Positions 46,148-55,372 of a DNA stretch of 64,000 nucleotides are shown one piece after another. The stretch's first letter is position 1, and every line of letters begins with the position of its first letter. Source of the stretch: Candidatus Zixiibacteriota bacterium (lineage in GTDB: Bacteria > Zixibacteria > MSB-5A5 > GN15 > FEB-12); assembly GCA_034003725.1 (NCBI GenBank), contig JAVEYB010000002.1, positions 142,568 to 206,567 on the forward strand, read 5' to 3'. A program made the position numbers and the translations under genes. A model generated the notes under the pieces. That model saw nothing but the letters and a program-made list of their open reading frames with translations, was not told the DNA's origin and did not search any database.

Positions 46148-46289
46148 GTGTTATCTTTCCGGGGAGTAAGAGATGTTCTGCAGCGTGACCTGCTATGAGA
46201 GCGGTTGTCTTGCGGCGTGGCACCTGCTATCTCCCGCGATCAGCCTGAAGACGAATGTGGTAATGTCGAATAACTTCCGACGCTTCAAA

Positions 46290-46318
46290 AATATACAGAA
46301 TATGGAGTACTTTGTCAA
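46290..46318 (-). promoter_or_regulatory. Sigma70-like promoter for the 42251-46147 gene
   Basis: On the minus strand: TTGACA (46318-46313), 17-nt spacer, TATATT (46295-46290). Implies a ~135-nt leader. Confidence 0.55.
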
Positions 46319-46628
46319 TCCCCCGCCGTCAACTAAAATCGAGTAATCGACCCGTGATTCTTCGTCGGGGTCTTATCAATACCATGTCGCAAATCTGAAG
46401 AAGAGCCAGCGCCGGAGGCTCGTACTCCCGCCGGGCATCTAATGCGCTGAGATTCAATACAATAGAGGCTTAAGGGGGAGCGCGTAGATGTCGATGAAAT
46501 AAGGGAGGCAATCCCCTGGTGAAACAGGGGGAAGACGACCTCTGCCGGGCAGGGCTGGTGAGTGCTGGCTGCTTGGTCATGTGGTCGGGGACTGCTCAGT
46601 GGAATGAATGTGATACGCGACGGGTCGG

Positions 46629-49600
46629 ATGCAAGATTCGAACAATACAACGAGTCCTGAGCGTCAGATGATCGAGCTACTGCCGGTGGCCGTGCTGGAA
46701 CTGGACCTTTCGGGTTTGCGGCCGGTATTGCTCCGGTGGTCGAATGAAAACAGGTCATCGGATGGGCGACCGGCCGCCGACGCTTACGAGGCGGGTGCCG
46801 GGACGATTCGTATCGTTTCTGTCAACGCCGCGGCCCGTGAGATACTGGTTCCTTCGGGTGGAGCAGGGACGGAAATAGCGTCGACCTGGGTTGCTGATGC
46901 CGTGGTTGATGCGGCGGGTGTGCTGTTGTCCGGGGGGCGCGGCTTTATACCGACTCGTATCGCGGCAGGCGAGGGGAACTGGATTGCAGTGCAGGCCCAA
47001 TTGCTTTTGCCTTCGGGAGCGGAAGGCGCGTGGACGCCAAGTTACCTTGTGTTGCGATCTTCGTCGGAGCATTCATCCCGGGTCGACAGGAGCGCCACCG
47101 AGGCGCACCGGATGCGGTCGATGCTTGACGCGGCACCGGTAGGATACCAGTCGCTGGATTCGGACGGTCGCATACTTGAAGTCAACGCCGCGTGGCTCGA
47201 GACTCTGGGTTTCCGTCGCGAGGAAGTCATCGGGCGGTCGCTGGCAGACTTCATGACGGAGCCTCATCGGGCCCGGTTCCACGAGTCGTTTTCGCGATTC
47301 AAGAAGGCGGGATTCGCCACCGGAGTCGAATACGATCTGGTACGAAGCGACGGGTTGGTGCTCTCCCTGCTGTTCAACGGACGGATCCTCTACAACGAGG
47401 ACGGTTCGGTCGACCGGACGATCTGCATCATGCACGACATCACGGAGCGTCGCCAGATGGAGGACGAGCTGCGGGAGAGCGAACTGCGCTTCCAGCAGTT
47501 AGCTTCGACGATCAACGAGCTGTTCTGGCTGCGCACCGAGCGTGAGATGTTGTATGTCAGTCCGGCGTACGAGCGCATTTTCGGGCGAACCTGCCTGTCG
47601 TTGTATGAAGATCATTTGTCGTTTCTGGAGGGCATACACCCGGCCGACCGCGACCTGCTTCGCATGGCCCACGAGCGGGAATGGGAACGGGGCGTGCCGG
47701 TCGATACGGAGGTTCGGGTCGTTCGCAGTGACGGAACGACGCGCTGGATATGGATACGTACGTTTCACGTGCACGGCAAAGACGGCGAGGTTGTTCGGAG
47801 CGCCGGAATCGCCGAGGATATCACGGACCGGAAGTACGCGGAGGAGGCGCTGCACGAAAGTATTGCGCGGTTCCGGAACATTGTGGAGGCTGCCGAGGCC
47901 GGGTATTTCTTTGTCGACCTGGAAGGGCGTTACGGCTATGTGAACCTTGCGTGGCTGCGGATGCACAAGTACTTGTCGCCGGGCGAGGTGATCGGACGTC
48001 CGTTCGAGATCACGACGCCGGCGATCGACAGTCATCTTGCCCCGGTGGATATCGAATCGATGTTGTCCTCGGAGAACGGCTTTCAGTGCGAGTGTGCGCG
48101 GTTGTGCAAGGACGGATCGATCGGCTATCATTTGTTTTCCGGCAATCCGGTAGTCGCGAACGGACGACAGATCGGCATTGAAGGGTTTCTCATCGACATC
48201 ACCGACCGGAAGATTGCGGAGCAGGCGCTTCGGGAGTCCGAAGAGAGATTTCGGGCGGCGTTTCAAACCAGCCCGGACGCGATCGCGATCAACCGCGAGT
48301 CCGACGGCATGTACGTGGACATCAATGAGGGGTTCGAGCGGATCACGGGCTATCGGCGCGAGGATATTGTCGGGGTAACGTCGCTCGATATGGACATCTG
48401 GGTGGATCGTGCGGACCGCGTGCGGCTGGTCGATGCGCTGAGCGAGCGCGGGTACATGGACAACCTCGTGGCGCAATTCCGGATGAAGGACGGTCGGATC
48501 ATCACGGGCAACATGTGCGCCCGAAGCTTCATGATTGCCGGGCTTCGGCACAATTTGACGATAACGCGTGATATCACCAGGGAGACAGCGGCCCAGGCCG
48601 TTTTGGCGAAACGCGACCGGGTGTTGTCGGCGGTTGCGACGGTGGCCGACGTGTTGCTGAGGAGCGAGGATATCAAGGGGGCTCTTGACGAGGTATTGCG
48701 GGTGATCGGACAGGCGGCGGAGGTGAGCCGCGTCTATGTGTTTCGCAACGACCGTGACACGCGGTACGACCTAACCTGTTCGCAGATTGCAGAGTGGGCG
48801 GACGAGGGGATCGAGCCGCAGATCAACAATCCTGAGATGCAGCGGCTGTCGTACACAGAGACGGGAATCGACTACTGGATTGCGACGCTCGGCAATAACG
48901 ATGCGATATTCGGCGAGACCGATTCATTCGACGACCCCATCCGGTCCGTGTTCGTCGACCAGGATATCCAGTCGGTCGCGATCGTTCCGATCTTTGCGGC
49001 GAATCGATGGTGGGGGTTCATGGGGTTCGATGACTGCCGCCAGCGGAGACAGTGGAGCCGGACGGAACTGGATGCGCTCAGGTCTGCGGCGGGCATAATC
49101 GGCGCGCGAATCGAGCGGCACCGGGCCGAACAGGAGCTTCGGGAGAGCGAAACGAAGTTCCGGGAGATCGCCGAGATGCTGCCCGAGGCGGTTTTCGAGA
49201 GCGATGCAGAGGGGCGTATCACCTATGCGAATCAGAAGGCGACCCAGTATTTCGGTTTCGAAACCAGGGATTACAGCCGGGGCCTGAGCATACTGGATGT
49301 GATTGTGCCGGAGGAACGGGAACGCGCGTTGGCCAGCCATCAGCAACTGTTGCGGACGGGAGAGCATGGCGTAGTCGAATACACGGGGGTGCGAAAGGAC
49401 GGCGTCAAATTTCCCATCAGTGTCCGCTCCAGCCGGATAGTTCGCAACGGCGTGCCGGTCGGCACGCGCGGAGTCGTGATCGATATCTCGATGGAGAAGG
49501 CCTACGAGCGGGAGCAACTTCGGTCTCAGAAGCTCGAGTCGCTGGGCATTCTGGCGGGAGGGCTTGCGCATGACTTCAATAACCTTCTGACGGGTATTCT

Positions 49601-50660
49601 GGGCAATATCTCGATCGCCCGTCTTTCGGAAAAACTGGACACGGAAACGGACCAGGGACTTGAGGTCGCGGAGCGGGCGGCGATGCGGGCCCGGGATTTG
49701 ACACAGCAACTGCTCACGTTTTCCAAAGGCGGAGAACCGGTGAAGAAAGTGATCTCGGTGGAACCCGTACTCCGGGAATCGGTGACGTTCGCGTTGCGGG
49801 GATCTAATGTCCGGGCGGAGATTTCGATTGCCGAGGATTTGAAGTGCATCGACGCGGACGCCGGCCAGATAAGCCAGGTGATACACAACCTTACGATCAA
49901 CGCCGTGCAGGCCATGCCGGAGGGGGGGACGATTACGGTCCGTGCGTGCAACCGCCTGATAAAGCCGCACAGCCATCCTGCGCTCGGCGACGGAGCCTAT
50001 GTGGAGATTTCTGTTGCGGACGAGGGGTTGGGAATCCCGGAGCGTCTACTTGCACGGATATTCGACCCATACTTCACGACAAAACAAACCGGCAGCGGAC
50101 TGGGACTGGCGTCATCGTATTCGATCGTTAAGAAGCACGGGGGGCATATCGACGTGTCTTCGATTCAGGGAACGGGCACGACGTTCACGGTTTACCTGCC
50201 CGCCTGCGGCGTGAACGCAACACCGGACCCGCAGGGTGAGGAGTTACCGGCGGTCGGGTCGGGGCGGATCCTACTGATGGATGACGAGGGGTACATTCGT
50301 GATCTTGCGACCAGGGTTTTGTCCAAAGCCGGATTCGAGATAGACTGCGCAGCGCACGGGCGGGAAGCTATAGAACTATTCGAGGCGGCGCGCAGCTCGG
50401 GAGTACCCTACGATGTCGTGATTCTGGACCTGACGGTTCCCGGCGGAATGGGCGGGCGCGAGACACTTGAGCACCTGCAGACGATTGACCCGGGTGTTCG
50501 CGCTATCGTGTGCAGCGGATATTCCAACGATCCCATACTGTCCCGATACGGGGAGGTCGGTTTTGCGGCCATGGTGACCAAGCCGTACCGGCCCGGGGAG
50601 CTGGTTCAGGCCGTGACGGTGGTACTCGGGTCCGAACGTGTCCGGTCCCGCGCGAATTAA
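46629..50660 (+). CDS. Hybrid sensor histidine kinase (multiple PAS, one GAF, HisKA, HATPase_c, C-terminal receiver)
   Basis: At least five PAS blocks ending in ..DITERRQ/DITDRK.. linkers and a GAF block. H-box LAGGLAHDFNNLL, G-boxes ..GLGIP..GSGLGLA.., and a receiver ILLMDDE..VILDLTVPGGMGG..KP. Confidence 0.9.
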   Translation: MQDSNNTTSPERQMIELLPVAVLELDLSGLRPVLLRWSNENRSSDGRPAADAYEAGAGTIRIVSVNAAAREILVPSGGAGTEIASTWVADAVVDAAGVLLSGGRGFIPTRIAAGEGNWIAVQAQLLLPSGAEGAWTPSYLVLRSSSEHSSRVDRSATEAHRMRSMLDAAPVGYQSLDSDGRILEVNAAWLETLGFRREEVIGRSLADFMTEPHRARFHESFSRFKKAGFATGVEYDLVRSDGLVLSLLFNGRILYNEDGSVDRTICIMHDITERRQMEDELRESELRFQQLASTINELFWLRTEREMLYVSPAYERIFGRTCLSLYEDHLSFLEGIHPADRDLLRMAHEREWERGVPVDTEVRVVRSDGTTRWIWIRTFHVHGKDGEVVRSAGIAEDITDRKYAEEALHESIARFRNIVEAAEAGYFFVDLEGRYGYVNLAWLRMHKYLSPGEVIGRPFEITTPAIDSHLAPVDIESMLSSENGFQCECARLCKDGSIGYHLFSGNPVVANGRQIGIEGFLIDITDRKIAEQALRESEERFRAAFQTSPDAIAINRESDGMYVDINEGFERITGYRREDIVGVTSLDMDIWVDRADRVRLVDALSERGYMDNLVAQFRMKDGRIITGNMCARSFMIAGLRHNLTITRDITRETAAQAVLAKRDRVLSAVATVADVLLRSEDIKGALDEVLRVIGQAAEVSRVYVFRNDRDTRYDLTCSQIAEWADEGIEPQINNPEMQRLSYTETGIDYWIATLGNNDAIFGETDSFDDPIRSVFVDQDIQSVAIVPIFAANRWWGFMGFDDCRQRRQWSRTELDALRSAAGIIGARIERHRAEQELRESETKFREIAEMLPEAVFESDAEGRITYANQKATQYFGFETRDYSRGLSILDVIVPEERERALASHQQLLRTGEHGVVEYTGVRKDGVKFPISVRSSRIVRNGVPVGTRGVVIDISMEKAYEREQLRSQKLESLGILAGGLAHDFNNLLTGILGNISIARLSEKLDTETDQGLEVAERAAMRARDLTQQLLTFSKGGEPVKKVISVEPVLRESVTFALRGSNVRAEISIAEDLKCIDADAGQISQVIHNLTINAVQAMPEGGTITVRACNRLIKPHSHPALGDGAYVEISVADEGLGIPERLLARIFDPYFTTKQTGSGLGLASSYSIVKKHGGHIDVSSIQGTGTTFTVYLPACGVNATPDPQGEELPAVGSGRILLMDDEGYIRDLATRVLSKAGFEIDCAAHGREAIELFEAARSSGVPYDVVILDLTVPGGMGGRETLEHLQTIDPGVRAIVCSGYSNDPILSRYGEVGFAAMVTKPYRPGELVQAVTVVLGSERVRSRAN

Positions 50661-50796
50661 CTGCCCTCGTATATCGCGTTATCAATCTTCCATTGCCGAA
50701 ATTCGGTAATCGCGTATCTTATCCATAATGGAGTAGACATCGCCGGGCGTCGGGCGACTTGCCGATTCTCCAGTCACTATCAGCCGGGAGTTCTGT

Positions 50797-52653
50797 ATGC
50801 GCAAGAGTCCGTTGGTCCTGGGGCTTGTACTGCTTGTTTGTCTGCTGGCATCGCCGAAGGCGGTTCAGGCGGACTCTACCGAAACGTTACTGCCGATCGG
50901 GTTGACGGAGGAGGAAAAGGGGCGTCTGCACGAAATCGGCAAGAATCATACGGTGACGAAGGCGCCGACCGGCGTGCTGCGGAATCCGGCGGAGTGGGAA
51001 CCCTCGGAGGGGGTGATTATTCGCTGGCCTCTCGGGATATCGGTTGCGCTGGTTCGCGAGATGTCGGAGGACCTGATGGTTACGACTATCGTCGCCAACT
51101 CGAGCGAGCAGGCCTCGGCAACGAGCGCATACCAGAGCGGGGGGGTGGTGATGGCCAACACGCAGTTCCTGATTGCATCGACAAATTCGATATGGACCCG
51201 CGACTATGGACCATGGTTCATATTCTCGGATGAAGCGCTGGGTATCGTGGACCACATCTACAACCGACCGCGTCCGCTTGACGACCTGATTCCCGGCATA
51301 CTCGGCAGTCAGTGGGGTATTCCGGTGTACGGGATGGACCTGATTCACACGGGCGGCAACCACATGTCCGACGGACTGGGCCGTTCGATGTCGACGCGGC
51401 TGGTCTACAACGAGAATTCCGGCAAGACGCCCGCGCAGGTTGATTCGATCATGCTCGCGTACCTGGGCAACGACTATACGGTGCTGGACTATATTGAGAG
51501 CGGCGGCATTCACCATATCGATTGCTGGGCGAAGTTTCTGAGTCCGACCACCATAATGGTGAAGGATGTTCCGGTGGGCGATTACAGCTATGAGTTGCTG
51601 AATGACCGTGCCGAGTACCTCTCCCAGCAGGTATCCGCATGGGGGCAGCCGTACACGATCGTACGGGTGTATTGTCCGTACGGCACCGCTTATACCAATT
51701 CGATTATTCTGAACGACAAAGTGCTGGTGCCGATATTCGGTTCCGGATACGACAATATCGCGTTACAGACGTACCGCGACGCGATGCCCGGATATGAGGT
51801 GATCGGTTTTACGGGATCCTGGTACGATGACGACGCCGTTCACTGCCGGACGATGGGGGTCCCGGATCGATACATGCTGCGCGTACACCACGTGCCGCTG
51901 GTTCGTGTCGCGGACTCGCTTGCCGGGTATGAGATCAGCGCGCTGATTCATGCGTGTTCCGGAGCGGCGCTGATTGGCGACTCGCTGAAGGTAGTGTATC
52001 GGGTCGGAGAAGGGGAGTGGGAAAGCGCGTTGCTCAGCGCCGGGACGGAGACGGACTGGTTTGACGGGACTCTTCCACCGCAGGCTTCAGGGGCGGAGGT
52101 CTCTTACTACGTTCAGGCGGCCGACCTGTCCGGCCGGATGGAGACCCACCCATATATCGGAGCGCCGGGGGCGCACCGCTTTTCCGTCAATATCACACCG
52201 ACGATAGTGGCGGATTCGAGCATTCTGTGTACCGGCGGAACCACTATTGCGTTCTGTCCGGATATTGTCGACGGTGAAGATTCCTCTCATACGATCACGT
52301 ATGCGAACTACCCAGCGTGGTTGTCGCCGTCGGGAGACAGCCTTACAGGCACGGTGCCGATGGGGATGACATCGACGGGTTCGTTTGATGTAGTTGTCAG
52401 TGATGCATACAACAGCGCAGCTCAGACAGTGGCGCTGGATGTGATCCTCTGCGGAGATGTGAACGACGATGCCATCGGTCCTGATCTTTCCGATTTGATA
52501 TACCTGGTCAACTATCTGTTCCTGTCGGGTCCGGCGCCGAATTCGGCGACGGCGTCGAACGTGGACGGGGTCGGGGGAGTGGACTTGTCGGATCTTATCT
52601 ACCTGGTCAACCTGCTGTTCATGGGCGGACCGCCGGCAACCTGCGGGCTCTGA
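50797..52653 (+). CDS. Secreted agmatine deiminase / Porphyromonas-type peptidylarginine deiminase family enzyme with Ig-like domains and dockerin-like tail
   Basis: Signal peptide. IWTRDYGPWF, GGNHMSDG, GGIHHIDCWAKF and the catalytic-Cys motif DDAVHCRTMGVP are PAD_porph family hallmarks. Tail module at 52450-52650. Confidence 0.85.
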   Translation: MRKSPLVLGLVLLVCLLASPKAVQADSTETLLPIGLTEEEKGRLHEIGKNHTVTKAPTGVLRNPAEWEPSEGVIIRWPLGISVALVREMSEDLMVTTIVANSSEQASATSAYQSGGVVMANTQFLIASTNSIWTRDYGPWFIFSDEALGIVDHIYNRPRPLDDLIPGILGSQWGIPVYGMDLIHTGGNHMSDGLGRSMSTRLVYNENSGKTPAQVDSIMLAYLGNDYTVLDYIESGGIHHIDCWAKFLSPTTIMVKDVPVGDYSYELLNDRAEYLSQQVSAWGQPYTIVRVYCPYGTAYTNSIILNDKVLVPIFGSGYDNIALQTYRDAMPGYEVIGFTGSWYDDDAVHCRTMGVPDRYMLRVHHVPLVRVADSLAGYEISALIHACSGAALIGDSLKVVYRVGEGEWESALLSAGTETDWFDGTLPPQASGAEVSYYVQAADLSGRMETHPYIGAPGAHRFSVNITPTIVADSSILCTGGTTIAFCPDIVDGEDSSHTITYANYPAWLSPSGDSLTGTVPMGMTSTGSFDVVVSDAYNSAAQTVALDVILCGDVNDDAIGPDLSDLIYLVNYLFLSGPAPNSATASNVDGVGGVDLSDLIYLVNLLFMGGPPATCGL

Positions 52654-52798
52654 TCAGCGGCCGTCGCCCTGTCGGTAGTGCGTCCACGCGAGGCAGGCTT
52701 TTCGCTTGTCCGGTCATTCCGTGCGACATACCATATACAACCGTGACGAGAAATTATCGTACATGTATGTATAGTGACAAGTCGAGAGGAGGCAGGGA

Positions 52799-55294
52799 AT
52801 GAGCGGATGGAGTGCGTGCCTGGCGAAACCGGGCATTACCACGATTCTTGTTTTGATCATCGTGAGTGGCGGCATCGCTCAGACGGATTCGGTGACGCCG
52901 GGGTACCGGATGCCGCCTGAGGAGATAGCGGCGTTAATCGACGCGCCGTGGACGCCGTCGGTGTACATCAGCCCCGACCGTGAGTGGATGCTGTTGGCGT
53001 CGTGGCCGGGTCTGCCGCCTCTGGAAGAGGTGGCCCAGCCGGAGCTTCGGCTTGCCGGTCTTCGTATCAACCCGCGGACCAACGGACCGAGCCGGGCGTG
53101 GTTTGCGTCGGCCCTGTCGTTCAAACGCATGTCCGACGGGGCGGAGTTTCCAGTCACCGGACTTCCGGAATCTCCCCGTATCACGAGCATCACCTGGTCG
53201 CCCGACGGGAGCAAGGTGGCATTCGCGTTGACCCTCGAGCGTCATATCGAGTTGTGGGTGGTGGAGGTCGAGGCAGCGGCTGCACGACGGCTGATGGATC
53301 GTCCGCTGAACGCGATTGACGGCAGTCCGTTCTCATGGCTGTCGGACAACGAGACGATCATCGCGCGCACGGTCCCGGAGGGTCGTGGTGAGCCACCGGC
53401 GGAGCCGCTGGTACCGGCGGGACCGGTAATCCAGGAAAACCTGGGGCGGGTGGCGGCAGCTCGCACGTATCAGGATCTGCTCGAAAACGAATATGATGAG
53501 GCGCTCTTTGATTACTATGCGACCTCGCAGATTGTCCGGGTGGGGGCGGATGGAGGGGTAACGGATATCGGCGGGGAGGGTGTCCACGCCGCCGTTCTTC
53601 CATCGCCGGACGGCAACTTCCTCCTGGTGGAGACGATGCACCGTCCGTACTCCTACACGGTTCCGGCGGACCAGTTCCCGTTGCGGTCGGTGGTGTGGGA
53701 TCGAAACGGCAACGAGGTGTACGAGGTGGCGGATCAGCCGCTGGCGGACCAGATACCGCTGGCGTTCGGATCGGTACGGAGCGGTCGGCGGTCGATCGAC
53801 TGGCGGGCCGACGCGGACGCGACGCTGTATTGGGCCGAAGCGCTCGATGGCGGCGACGCGGGTGTCGAAGCAGATGCACGGGATCGGATATTCATGCTGT
53901 CGGCCCCGTTCACGGGCGACCCTGTGGTACTGTTCACGGTACCGGATGTTCGCTATTCGAGTATCACGTGGGGCAATGACGAGCTGGCGATCGTATCGGG
54001 CTGGTGGTGGTCCAACCGCAAGATAAAGACATGGCGTATACTTCCGGGGGATCCAGCCGCCGAGGCGGTGTTGCTTCAGGATCGTTCGTGGGAAGATCGC
54101 TACAATGACCCCGGCAGTCCGCTGACGACGCGCACCCGGTACGGGACGTACGTGCTGATGACCGCGAATAACGGGAACACGATTTTTCTGTCGGGCAGCG
54201 GCGCGTCGCCCGAAGGGGACCGGCCATTCCTGGACGCGCTCGATCTGACGACGCTCACGACCACGCGGCTGTTCCGGTCGGAGGCGCCGTATTATGAGTC
54301 GGTGGTGACGCTTCTGGATGCGGAGAGTCGGTTGCTGTTGACGCGCAGGGAATCCGTAACGGAGCCGCCGAATTATTTCGTCCGCGACCTGGTGAATGAC
54401 GAGCTGACCCAGAAGACGGATTTCCCGCACCCGACGCCACAGCTTGCCGACGTACGCAAGGAGCAGGTTCGATACCAGCGCGCCGATGGGGTGCACCTGA
54501 CCGCGACGCTGTATACGCCGCCGGGGTATGACCCGGCGAAGGACGGCGCGCTGCCGATGTTGATGTGGGCCTATCCTCAGGAGTACAAGAGCGCTGATGC
54601 GGCGGGGCAGGTAACGGATTCACCGTATCGGTTCATTCGCGTCTCCTGGTCATCGCCGCTTCTCTGGCTGGTCCGGGGCTATGCCGTACTCGACGATCCG
54701 GGCATGCCGATTGTCGGCGAGGGGGACGAAGAACCAAATGACAGCTATGTCGAGCAGCTGGTATCGAGCGCGCAGGCGGCGGCAGACGAGATGGTGCGGC
54801 GGGGCGTGGCCGATCCGGACCGGATCGCAGTCGGCGGGCATTCGTACGGCGCGTTCATGACGGCGAATCTGCTGGCGCACTCGGACATATTCCGGGCCGG
54901 GATCGCCCGCAGCGGCGCATACAACCGCACGCTGACACCGTTTGGTTTCCAGTCGGAAGAACGGACGTACTGGGAAGCGCCGGAGATTTACAATACGATG
55001 TCACCGTTCATGCAGGCCGACAAGATCAACGAGCCGATTCTTCTGATTCACGGCGAGGCGGACAACAACTCGGGGACATTCCCGATGCAGAGCGAGCGTT
55101 TCTACGGCGCCCTGAAGGGGCTCGGGGCCACGGTTCGGCTGGTTATGCTGCCTCATGAGAGTCACGGATACCGCGCCCGCGAGTCGGTGATGCATGTTTT
55201 GTGGGAAACGTCCGAGTGGCTCGATCGGTATGTCAAAAACGCGGAGCCGATGTCAGTCACACGCGAAGTAGACGTGCCGGTTGAGGCCAGGTAG
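52799..55294 (+). CDS. Prolyl oligopeptidase family (S9) serine peptidase with N-terminal beta-propeller
   Basis: N-terminal signal/anchor. Nucleophile elbow GGHSYGAFM, ..IHGEADNN.. (Asp) and ..PHESHGY.. (His). Confidence 0.9.
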   Translation: MSGWSACLAKPGITTILVLIIVSGGIAQTDSVTPGYRMPPEEIAALIDAPWTPSVYISPDREWMLLASWPGLPPLEEVAQPELRLAGLRINPRTNGPSRAWFASALSFKRMSDGAEFPVTGLPESPRITSITWSPDGSKVAFALTLERHIELWVVEVEAAAARRLMDRPLNAIDGSPFSWLSDNETIIARTVPEGRGEPPAEPLVPAGPVIQENLGRVAAARTYQDLLENEYDEALFDYYATSQIVRVGADGGVTDIGGEGVHAAVLPSPDGNFLLVETMHRPYSYTVPADQFPLRSVVWDRNGNEVYEVADQPLADQIPLAFGSVRSGRRSIDWRADADATLYWAEALDGGDAGVEADARDRIFMLSAPFTGDPVVLFTVPDVRYSSITWGNDELAIVSGWWWSNRKIKTWRILPGDPAAEAVLLQDRSWEDRYNDPGSPLTTRTRYGTYVLMTANNGNTIFLSGSGASPEGDRPFLDALDLTTLTTTRLFRSEAPYYESVVTLLDAESRLLLTRRESVTEPPNYFVRDLVNDELTQKTDFPHPTPQLADVRKEQVRYQRADGVHLTATLYTPPGYDPAKDGALPMLMWAYPQEYKSADAAGQVTDSPYRFIRVSWSSPLLWLVRGYAVLDDPGMPIVGEGDEEPNDSYVEQLVSSAQAAADEMVRRGVADPDRIAVGGHSYGAFMTANLLAHSDIFRAGIARSGAYNRTLTPFGFQSEERTYWEAPEIYNTMSPFMQADKINEPILLIHGEADNNSGTFPMQSERFYGALKGLGATVRLVMLPHESHGYRARESVMHVLWETSEWLDRYVKNAEPMSVTREVDVPVEAR

Positions 55295-55324
55295 TCTGCG
55301 GGCACACATTCCGGCGAATGAAAA

Positions 55325-55362
55325 CTGCGGGGGAAGGGCATCTTCTCCCGCAGTTTCGTTTT
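55325..55362 (+). terminator. Rho-independent terminator
   Basis: CTGCGGG..GAAGggcatCTTC..CCCGCAG hairpin followed by TTTCGTTTT, 30 nt after the S9 peptidase stop. Confidence 0.8.
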
Positions 55363-55372
55363 CCTTGCGCGT

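Noticed and set aside
46333-46758. 141-aa minus-strand ORF in the divergent control region
   Set aside because: It overlaps the start of the hybrid kinase gene. It is Pro/Ser/Ala-rich with no motifs.
53333-54496. 387-aa minus-strand ORF
   Set aside because: It is antisense to the S9 peptidase gene, which has a clear catalytic triad. It is Arg/Pro-rich.
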